The translations under genes were made by a program, and so were the position numbers. The notes below the pieces were generated by a model that saw nothing but the letters and a program-made list of their open reading frames with translations, was not told the origin of the DNA and did not search any database. This document shows positions 56,856-64,000 of a stretch of DNA of 64,000 bases, piece by piece. Each line of letters opens with the position of its first letter. Position 1 is the first letter of the stretch. This DNA is from an uncultured Porphyromonadaceae bacterium (GTDB lineage: Bacteria; Bacteroidota; Bacteroidia; Bacteroidales; Muribaculaceae), in NCBI GenBank assembly GCA_900548875.1, contig URMA01000004.1:6488-70487 (forward strand). Reading direction: 5' to 3'.

Positions 56856-57941
56856 ATGAACACACTTAAAACCATTTTTACAGCGGCATTGCTTGCCTTT
56901 TGTGCAAGTCCTTCGACTTTTGCAGAACAGTTTGTACCGGCCAACGACAATCATATCACCTACACCGGACGCATAGATTTCAGCAACCCACTCGCCCCAC
57001 GCTTTACGTATCCGGGAGTCAGTGCTGCCCTCAATTTTGAAGGCACGACATTGAAAATGAAGGCAAAACCGGGCAGCGGTTACTTCATGGTGGAAATCGA
57101 CGACCGCCATCCGTTTAAAATCAATTTCACGGAAACCGACACGGTAATGACACTGGCAAACTCGCTGGGCAAGGGTAAACACTCGGCACGCATCTCGTAC
57201 GCCGTGGAGGGCTACAGCTTCAACCCTGAATTCCGCGGATTCTATATTGACGACAACGCACGTCTGCTCGATGCTCCCAAACGCCCGGAACGGCGCATTG
57301 AATTCATCGGCAATTCCATCACCTGCGGCTATGGCATCGAAGGAGAAAACGGCAAGGAAGACTTTTCTTTCCGCACTGAAAACCATTTCTATTCCTATGC
57401 AACACTGACTGCACGCGCGCTGAATGCGGAACACGTTGTAGTGGCACGCTCGGGCTACGGCATTTATCGCAACTATGGTGGTCCGAAAGAAGGAAATCCC
57501 AATTGCATCCCGGCTCTCTACGAACGCACGCTCTTCAACGACTCGACTGTCATGTGGGATTTCAACCGCTTCCGTCCGCAAGTGGTATGTGTGAACCTCG
57601 GCACCAACGATGTCAGCCTGCGTGTCATTGACCGCGAACGCCTGACGGTGGCCTATCGCGACTTCATCAAGCGCCTGCGCGGATATTATCCGGAAGCAAA
57701 AATCGTGATGCTCACCGGCTGCATGGCTTTCGGCGACGGACTGAAGGCGTTGAAGGAAACGCTTGATGCGGTGGTGAAAGAAGCCAACGATAACGGCGAC
57801 AAGAATGTCTACCGCTTCGACATGTCGCAACAGGACGGCACACTCGGCTACGGCTCGGACTACCATCCGTCGATGCGACAGGCACAGAAGATGGCCGACG
57901 AGCTTATCCCCTACCTGCGAGAACTGATGGACTGGGAATAA
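56856..57941 (+). CDS. SGNH/GDSL hydrolase family esterase with N-terminal beta-sandwich domain (CE2-like acetylesterase)
   Basis: It has a signal peptide. The catalytic block is GNSITCGYG (GDS(L)-type Ser). The C-terminal D..H pair is (..GSDYHPS..). Confidence 0.7.
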   Translation: MNTLKTIFTAALLAFCASPSTFAEQFVPANDNHITYTGRIDFSNPLAPRFTYPGVSAALNFEGTTLKMKAKPGSGYFMVEIDDRHPFKINFTETDTVMTLANSLGKGKHSARISYAVEGYSFNPEFRGFYIDDNARLLDAPKRPERRIEFIGNSITCGYGIEGENGKEDFSFRTENHFYSYATLTARALNAEHVVVARSGYGIYRNYGGPKEGNPNCIPALYERTLFNDSTVMWDFNRFRPQVVCVNLGTNDVSLRVIDRERLTVAYRDFIKRLRGYYPEAKIVMLTGCMAFGDGLKALKETLDAVVKEANDNGDKNVYRFDMSQQDGTLGYGSDYHPSMRQAQKMADELIPYLRELMDWE

Positions 57942-57944
57942 CGG

Positions 57945-59831
57945 CTATTCTACGTTTTTCACATATTCGTACAACTGACGATAGAAGGCATGCCGCGACA
58001 AGGTGGCGGCATCGCCGAGAATCACGAGCTTCATACGGGCGCGCGTGACGGCTACGTTCATGCGCCGCAAATCGGAAAGGAAGCCGATTTGCCCGTCGTC
58101 GTTGCTGCGCACAAGACTGATGAAGACCACATCGCGCTCCTGTCCTTGAAATCCGTCAACGGTATTGGCACTCAACAGGTTGCGTACAGGACGCAACACG
58201 CTGCTGGCCTTGATGAGCCGCCGCAGGTACTGCACCTGTGCCTTGTAGGGGGAAATCAGTCCGAAATCTATCCGTTCGTCCAATATGCGTTCTATGCCAA
58301 TGCGCTGCACATAACGCTCCAATTCGGCAATGAAAAATTCACCTTCGGCTTTATTGATACGGCTGTTGCTTGCCGTGACAAACTCCTCCTTGAAATCCAT
58401 TTCCGAGGTATCAATCCACTCCATCGGACGGTCATAATCAAGAATGCCGCGGAAGCGCACATCGGGAGCCGCCACAAGTTTGCCGCCATAGAACCAGTCG
58501 GACGAAAAGCGCATGATGCTTTCATTCATGCGATACTGCACAGTCAGCAGGGAAACCGTCTGCGGCTTGGTTTCTATGATATGCTCCATCAGCGTACGTC
58601 CCAGCCCGCCACGCATGGCCTCGACACACTTCACCGTCGGAGGAAGCTGGCAATGGTCACCGGCAAGCACCACCCGGTCGGCCTTCCGTATAGCAATCCA
58701 GGCAGCAGCTTCAAGAGCCTGACCGGCCTCATCGATAAATAGCGTAGAGAAACGGCGTCCGCCCAACAGACGGTGGTTACTGCCCACCAGCGTTGACGCC
58801 ACGACACGGGCACTTTCGAAAAGTTCGTTGTTGATAGTCAGTTCAAGCTCCACAGCACGGGCACGCAAATGCCGCATACGGTTGCGTACAGCCTCACGCT
58901 CGTCACGCCCGTGACGCCGCATCGTGGATGTCAGTTCGCGCATGGCTTTCCGTACACCCCAGAGTTCAGGATAAAGGGCATGACCTTCAAACTGACGTTC
59001 GTAAGTGAACGACAGCATCTTGTCGTTGACACGCGTAGGATTACCGATACGCAGGACAGGCACACCACGGTCGACAAGTTTCTCGCTAATCCAGTCGACA
59101 GCCGTATTGCTCTGCGCGCAGACAAGCACCTGCGTTTCACGGTGGAGCGTTTCGTAGACGGCCTCGACGAGAGTCGTGGTCTTGCCCGTTCCGGGAGGGC
59201 CGTGAACGATGGCCACATCACGGCAGTTCAGCACCTTGTTGACAGCGGAATCCTGGCTGCTGTTCAGCCAGGGGAAACGGACAGGAAACAACTGACGGAA
59301 ACCGGCAGCCACCGGCCCGCCCAAAATGTCGCGCAACTCGGCCAGACGGGTACCCTTGGCACGAATAACATCTTCCAAGGCTTCGAACATCGCACGATAA
59401 GATGTTTCGTCGAAATACAGCTGCACGCCCAACGACCGCTCACCGGAAATTTCCTGCAGGCAATGTGCTCCGGGCAGAGCAACCACCATACGGTTCCCTT
59501 CCACATAGCTTACGCCGGCGGTAAAGTTCTTGAAACGCACCCGTCCGTCGAAGCCTTCCGTGAAGAAACACACCTGACGGCCATATTCAAACGCATGCTC
59601 CACCTCCGTATCTTCCGGACGGAATATCTCCACGACAAACTGATTGACCGAGTTGTAGTAGTTCCGCCCGACCGTCACCGGATACCAGCACAGTCCGCGC
59701 GCCACTTTCCGCTGTATGCCCGCTTCCTCCGTCTGCCGTTTGAATTCTTCCTTCTCGTACTCATACTCCATCCGCAGAAGCAGCTGCTGCCGCTGGAAAT
59801 GATTGCCCGCTACCGACTGAATTTCACTCAT
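57945..59831 (-). CDS. Superfamily-1 helicase, AAA_11/AAA_12 (Upf1/DNA2/IGHMBP2-like) type
   Basis: Walker A is GPPGTGKT. The DEAGQ (..FIDEAGQALE..) motif is present. The C-terminal helicase motifs are ..VDGFQGQERDVVFISLVRSN.. and ..NVAVTRAR... Length is 628 aa. Confidence 0.75.
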   Translation of the reverse strand: MSEIQSVAGNHFQRQQLLLRMEYEYEKEEFKRQTEEAGIQRKVARGLCWYPVTVGRNYYNSVNQFVVEIFRPEDTEVEHAFEYGRQVCFFTEGFDGRVRFKNFTAGVSYVEGNRMVVALPGAHCLQEISGERSLGVQLYFDETSYRAMFEALEDVIRAKGTRLAELRDILGGPVAAGFRQLFPVRFPWLNSSQDSAVNKVLNCRDVAIVHGPPGTGKTTTLVEAVYETLHRETQVLVCAQSNTAVDWISEKLVDRGVPVLRIGNPTRVNDKMLSFTYERQFEGHALYPELWGVRKAMRELTSTMRRHGRDEREAVRNRMRHLRARAVELELTINNELFESARVVASTLVGSNHRLLGGRRFSTLFIDEAGQALEAAAWIAIRKADRVVLAGDHCQLPPTVKCVEAMRGGLGRTLMEHIIETKPQTVSLLTVQYRMNESIMRFSSDWFYGGKLVAAPDVRFRGILDYDRPMEWIDTSEMDFKEEFVTASNSRINKAEGEFFIAELERYVQRIGIERILDERIDFGLISPYKAQVQYLRRLIKASSVLRPVRNLLSANTVDGFQGQERDVVFISLVRSNDDGQIGFLSDLRRMNVAVTRARMKLVILGDAATLSRHAFYRQLYEYVKNVE

Positions 59832-59961
59832 CGCTGTCCGTTTTTCTCGTTAATTTCTGCAAAGGTAAGCATTTCACCCATACCCACGAAAAAAGTCGGG
59901 GATGCAATCCCAACGACTGCATCCCCGACTCCATATCGGTAAAAGGTCAATCGACAGCTGC

Positions 59962-62502
59962 CTAATGCACCATCACCTTCATCACCTTTTCATTCATCCG
60001 TACAATGTAGACACCGGCAGGAACTGCGAAAGTCTTCACACCTTCCTGCATTTCCGTTGCCAACAGCGTACGTCCTGCCATATCGACAATCGTAAGTTCT
60101 GCCGGAACCGAAGCCGTAACCTGAACAGCGCCCGAAACGCCTACAGCCGTAAATGCATCAGCTTCCACTTCACCGACACCCGACTGGGCATTGAACGTAT
60201 ATTCCGCCATTTCCGAAACGCCCGACTTATAAACGGCCTTAATACCTACCGTATGTTCGCCGGCTGTCAGACCGGTAAAGGCAAACTGTGTTTCTTGCGG
60301 TTCACCTTTCAGTTCACCGTCAAGATATACCTCATAATGGAGCACATTGCCCACATCTACCATTGAATCGGAATCATCGCTCGGACCTACATAGAAGTCA
60401 TCCACCTGAGCCAGGAACGCATCAGTTGAAATATAATTTACAGCCAAATATACTGTCTGACCTGCATAAGCCGACAAATCAAGCGTATAAACCGTCCATT
60501 CTTCATAAGGCAATTCAACTTCATCCAGTACTGTAAATGAATCTAAATCCTGTGATGTAGAGATACAGAAACGAACAGTTTCCGGATATTGTGCATAAGC
60601 TTTCGCTGTCAATTGCCAAACATAACCGTCTCTTATTGTCTGAGCCGGAGAAATCAACCATTTATCGGCTTGAGCCATTTGCGGAGAGAAGAAAATGACT
60701 GTCTTGTCGCCCGTTGGAGCCATAATGGCCGGATCGGTCGGAGCCATTGCCGGAACAGTCTTGTATGGATTGAACACCATCGGCGCGATTGCTGTCGGAT
60801 TGTATGCGTCGCCCGAACCCGGGAAGGAAACGATATTCGAAGCAGAGCCCAAAGCGATAGGATAAACCGGCAACTTGTCGTTGTCAACAGTCAGCCATTC
60901 GCCGAACTCACCGGTCACAAAGTCTCCATAGTCTTCAAAACTGTCAGAGAAGCCCAAATCCTGATTCCATTTCACCAATGCATCATATACAGTTCCTTCT
61001 TCGGTCAAATCAACGGTAATATTATACGGCAAGAACAGATGTTCCTTCAATTCAATATTCTTATCCATATCATCTGACACAACAATTTCTTCACGATATG
61101 TGTCATAAACAGGATTCTCTATCGACAAGGTGTACTTTCCAGCTGGTAACGATTCAAGCACAATTTTTCCGTCCTGAACCTTGGCTGAAATCAAATCGCC
61201 ATTGTCCATATTCAAAATATCAACGTCAAATCCATCTGCGCTTACTTCATTATTTGTTGTCACATTCAACGTTACACGATGACAATTCTCATTACTTATT
61301 GCCAGTTCCATTGTCGAGATTTCTGTTTCCGTCAGTCTGTAAACAGCCTTCACGCCAAAAGTATGGTTGCCTTCTTCCACATTTTCCAGCGTATAGCTGT
61401 AGCTTTCCGTTTCGCCTACTTTCGTACCGTCCTGATAAATCTCAAACTTTTCGTTCGGATTGGCCGGAGATTTCTGCACACGGCGAAGTTTGAATGTCTC
61501 ATCGTAGTACGACGGCTGACCAACATAGAAATCATCCACCATAAGCATGAACGCACCGTAACGGTTTGCGTTCGCTATATAGTGAATGGCAATTTTCACT
61601 GCCTGTCCTGCATAAGCCGACAAGTCATATTCTTTTGCCACCCATTCCTCATATTCGACAGTTTCATAGTTTCCTGCTGATATGATGGTAAAATCGTCGG
61701 CAGTCGGGTTTTCAACGGTTGTGATGCCCACCTGGAAACGTTCGGCATAAACGTCAGCAGCCTTAGCCATAAAACGTAGAATATTGTCATTGCCGACGGT
61801 GATAGTCGGAGAAATCAACCAGTCGTCATTAGCCTCACCCGAATTGGTGCGGACAAAACCCACATACTGGTTACCGCTGTACGGACGCAGCACCGGGTAT
61901 TCGTACCACCAAGTAGGAACAACCGTCAACGGATTCACAATTGTAGCATACTGAAGTGCACCGCGGTTGTTATAGCTTCCGGCCAATATGGCAGCCGCCT
62001 GCTTGTCATTGTCAATACCTGTCCAGTCGCCAAATGAAATAGACCAGTCGGGATGACCTTCAAAATCATCGAAAAACGCCGGTTTTTCCTTATTCCAGGT
62101 CAACGTTACATCGTTTTTGCCGGTAAACACATCATGTTCAATGCTACCTGTCAACGAGAACGGTTGGCGTACAGCCTCCTGCAATTCAATGTCAAGCGTA
62201 ATGTCGCCGGTTACTTCTACGGTCTCGTCATAAACGGCATAACCCTCTTTTTCAACAACGATTCTATGTGTGGCACTATAGACATTCAGCGTGCACTGTC
62301 CGTCAGCCGACAATGTTGTTTCACTTGTACTGTAAGTAAATCCCCAATCAGGAATTTCCAAACCAACCACCAGGCCTTCAACCGACTCGCCTGTGACCGT
62401 TTTTACATTAATCGTCATTTTGTTGTCGCGTGTCTGTGCGGACAGCGAGCCGAACAGCCCACACAATGCGAACAAGGTAAAAATAATGGATAAACGTTTC
62501 AT
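59962..62502 (-). CDS. T9SS-secreted multidomain protein (carboxypeptidase-regulatory-like/Ig-like domains + MAM/choice-of-anchor-type domains) with Por-secretion C-terminal sorting domain
   Basis: It has a signal peptide. The C-terminal ~80 aa (..ELTIVDMAGRTLLATEMQEGVKTFAVPAGVYIVRMNEKVMKVMVH) match the T9SS CTD pattern. Internal motifs duplicate (..DDFYVG.. appears twice). Confidence 0.7.
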   Translation of the reverse strand: MKRLSIIFTLFALCGLFGSLSAQTRDNKMTINVKTVTGESVEGLVVGLEIPDWGFTYSTSETTLSADGQCTLNVYSATHRIVVEKEGYAVYDETVEVTGDITLDIELQEAVRQPFSLTGSIEHDVFTGKNDVTLTWNKEKPAFFDDFEGHPDWSISFGDWTGIDNDKQAAAILAGSYNNRGALQYATIVNPLTVVPTWWYEYPVLRPYSGNQYVGFVRTNSGEANDDWLISPTITVGNDNILRFMAKAADVYAERFQVGITTVENPTADDFTIISAGNYETVEYEEWVAKEYDLSAYAGQAVKIAIHYIANANRYGAFMLMVDDFYVGQPSYYDETFKLRRVQKSPANPNEKFEIYQDGTKVGETESYSYTLENVEEGNHTFGVKAVYRLTETEISTMELAISNENCHRVTLNVTTNNEVSADGFDVDILNMDNGDLISAKVQDGKIVLESLPAGKYTLSIENPVYDTYREEIVVSDDMDKNIELKEHLFLPYNITVDLTEEGTVYDALVKWNQDLGFSDSFEDYGDFVTGEFGEWLTVDNDKLPVYPIALGSASNIVSFPGSGDAYNPTAIAPMVFNPYKTVPAMAPTDPAIMAPTGDKTVIFFSPQMAQADKWLISPAQTIRDGYVWQLTAKAYAQYPETVRFCISTSQDLDSFTVLDEVELPYEEWTVYTLDLSAYAGQTVYLAVNYISTDAFLAQVDDFYVGPSDDSDSMVDVGNVLHYEVYLDGELKGEPQETQFAFTGLTAGEHTVGIKAVYKSGVSEMAEYTFNAQSGVGEVEADAFTAVGVSGAVQVTASVPAELTIVDMAGRTLLATEMQEGVKTFAVPAGVYIVRMNEKVMKVMVH

Positions 62503-62751
62503 TTTTATTTATTCTAATATTCTTTTACAAAATATGGGTCAGACAAAAAAATGGCTTGTTTTTGAAAGGAATTGTATTTATACTCCGACAACCAACAAAG
62601 ATAGTGTTTTTATTGTAGTTCCCCTATACAAATCACAATTATCACAAAAACAAGACAACATCTTTTCTTACAAAAGTTACAGGTGTCGGCAACTTTTTTT
62701 CACTGCCGGCACCTGTTCCTGTTTGCTGGCGACAATTTTGTCAGCCATCTA

Positions 62752-64000
62752 TCATTTCACATATACTTTCACGCGGTTTACAAGGTATATGCCTTCCACA
62801 AGTCCTTCGATAAGCGTCTTGCCTTCGTTCACTTCCACTGAGCGAATCAGACGGCCGCCCAAATCGTAAACAGAAACAATTGCCTTACCCGGAGCAACCA
62901 CTTCGATAGCGTTGTTGACTCCCTTCACATACAGACCGTCGACAGTCACCATACCTACTCCTGAAATCTGTTCCAATGCGATGTCCAGTACGACACTGCC
63001 TTCATCGAATGTGATGCCTGACTTTTGATAGCTATTGTAGCCTTCCAAAGAAGCTGACAATGCATATTCCATAGAGTCGTCGGCAATCTCAAATGAGTAA
63101 GCACCGTTTTCGTCTGTTGTCATTTCCCATTCTGAGAACCAGTCGTCAGACAAAACAACGCGTACACCGGCAAGAGGTTCGTTCGTCTTGGAATCAGTAA
63201 TGACACCGCTGATTGTAAGTTTCTCCAATGCAATGTCGCGGACAATGTCACCGTCGGCAACCGATACGTTTTCTTCCGTATAAGTCTTGTAACCGGCAAC
63301 GTAAGCCGTCAGCGTATAAGCCAATCCGGTTTCTGTCACTTCGAATGAATAGTGTCCTTCAGCATCAGTCATACCAAAGAAAATCACTCCACCCGACTGC
63401 ATCATTACCTGAACGCCTTCAATCGGTTCATTAGTAGCAGCATCTGTTACAACACCACTCACTGTCGGAACGATAGGTTCCAATGCGATATTTTCAACAA
63501 TGCTGCCTTCAGCGAATGTAATACCGCTCTTTTCATACTTGTTGTAGCCTTCCAAAGAAGCTGTCAATGTATATTCTGCTGTATCGTCACCGATAACAAA
63601 CGAATATTTACCATTTTCGTCCGTTGTCACTTCTTCTTCCGTCCACCAGCCGTCGGACAACATTACGCGAACACCCGGAAGAGGTTCGTTTGTCTTGGCA
63701 TCCGTAACGACACCGCCGATAGTAAGTTTGTCCAATGCAATATTGCGGACAATATTGCCTTCAGCTACCGATACGTTTTCTTCCACATAAGTCTGATAAC
63801 CATAATAGCTTGCGCTCAATGTATAGACAAGATCCGGTTCTGAAACTTCGAATGAATACTTGCCCTGATTGTCGGTCATTCCCATAAACATAGTCCAACC
63901 TGACTGCATCATCACCTGAACATAGGCAATCGGAGCGCCGGTCTCAGCATCTGTCACAACACCGCTGACTGTTCTCGCACCATTCGAGAATACAATGTCC
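62752..64000 (-). CDS. T9SS-secreted repeat protein (three or more ~135 aa CarbopepD_reg-like repeats) with Por-secretion CTD; N-terminus lies beyond the window end
   Basis: The C-terminus ..IVSVYDLGGRLIRSVEVNEGKTLIEGLVEGIYLVNRVKVYVK is a T9SS CTD. The repeat ..SGVVTDAxTNEPxxGVxV...ENGKYSF...YTLTAS.EGY... occurs at least 3 times. The apparent Met at 63957 is an internal GTG Val. The frame stays open to the window edge. Confidence 0.7.
   Translation of the reverse strand, partial: DIVFSNGARTVSGVVTDAETGAPIAYVQVMMQSGWTMFMGMTDNQGKYSFEVSEPDLVYTLSASYYGYQTYVEENVSVAEGNIVRNIALDKLTIGGVVTDAKTNEPLPGVRVMLSDGWWTEEEVTTDENGKYSFVIGDDTAEYTLTASLEGYNKYEKSGITFAEGSIVENIALEPIVPTVSGVVTDAATNEPIEGVQVMMQSGGVIFFGMTDAEGHYSFEVTETGLAYTLTAYVAGYKTYTEENVSVADGDIVRDIALEKLTISGVITDSKTNEPLAGVRVVLSDDWFSEWEMTTDENGAYSFEIADDSMEYALSASLEGYNSYQKSGITFDEGSVVLDIALEQISGVGMVTVDGLYVKGVNNAIEVVAPGKAIVSVYDLGGRLIRSVEVNEGKTLIEGLVEGIYLVNRVKVYVK

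Noticed and set aside
62752-63957. Met start at 63957 for the last T9SS cargo ORF
   Set aside because: The codon is GTG, encoding an internal Val inside a repeat unit (..SGVV-TDAETG..). The frame stays open to the window edge, so the gene was reported as 5'-truncated by the window.

Overview
This 64 kb window looks like chromosomal DNA from a Bacteroidota (probably Bacteroidales) genome. Three things point that way. Many genes are preceded by the Bacteroidetes -33/-7 promoter signature TTTG ... TAnnTTTG. Two proteins end in type IX secretion (T9SS) C-terminal sorting domains. There are membrane-anchored TPR regulators with HTH tails and an AAA-ATPase/DUF4143 gene. Coding density is high and GC is about 50-58%.

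The core gene content is ordinary housekeeping and envelope functions: a TolC/HlyD/ABC-2 efflux operon, a SulP transporter, two MATE transporters, aspS, a Nif3-like gene plus zinc-ribbon partner, a saccharopine-dehydrogenase-family gene that looks like carboxynorspermidine synthase, mgtE, rsmA, a YfhO family protein, Lrp/AsnC with lrgAB, a NeuB-type nonulosonate cassette, tRNA-Pro(TGG), an arylsulfatase, a PpiD/SurA-like PPIase, metK, and a TPR/OMP envelope cluster.

The most interesting part is a ~4.7 kb island at ~13.6-18.4 kb whose cargo (about 14.9-18.3 kb) is ~33% GC. A Bacteroides-type tyrosine recombinase sits immediately upstream. Next comes a ~150 bp segment bracketed by a perfect 15 bp inverted repeat that carries a consensus TAnnTTTG promoter facing away from the cargo. 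That arrangement looks like an invertible promoter currently in the OFF orientation. The cargo is a co-directional four-gene operon: a TerB-like + zinc-ribbon + 2TM protein, an SPFH (Band_7_1)-like protein with a GYF_2/DUF4339 tail, a small GYF_2/DUF4339 protein, and a small 3-TM protein. It resembles the B. subtilis ydjGHI membrane-stress module but has no PspA, and may be phase-variable. This is my main candidate for an undescribed system.

Other things worth a second look:
- A 1.8 kb ORF-free, AT-rich stretch holding three tandem ~0.5 kb paralogous units, each ending in a double intrinsic terminator. This could be a tandem sRNA or small-peptide cluster.
- An AAA/DUF4143 ATPase gene neatly flanked by ~210 bp direct repeats with terminal palindromes.
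- A dispersed MITE-like repeat family with GACAGAAGAACA-type inverted ends. It is clustered on both sides of a 4.5 kb segment next to tRNA-Pro.
- A ~70 bp promoter cassette present as tandem duplicates upstream of several unrelated genes.
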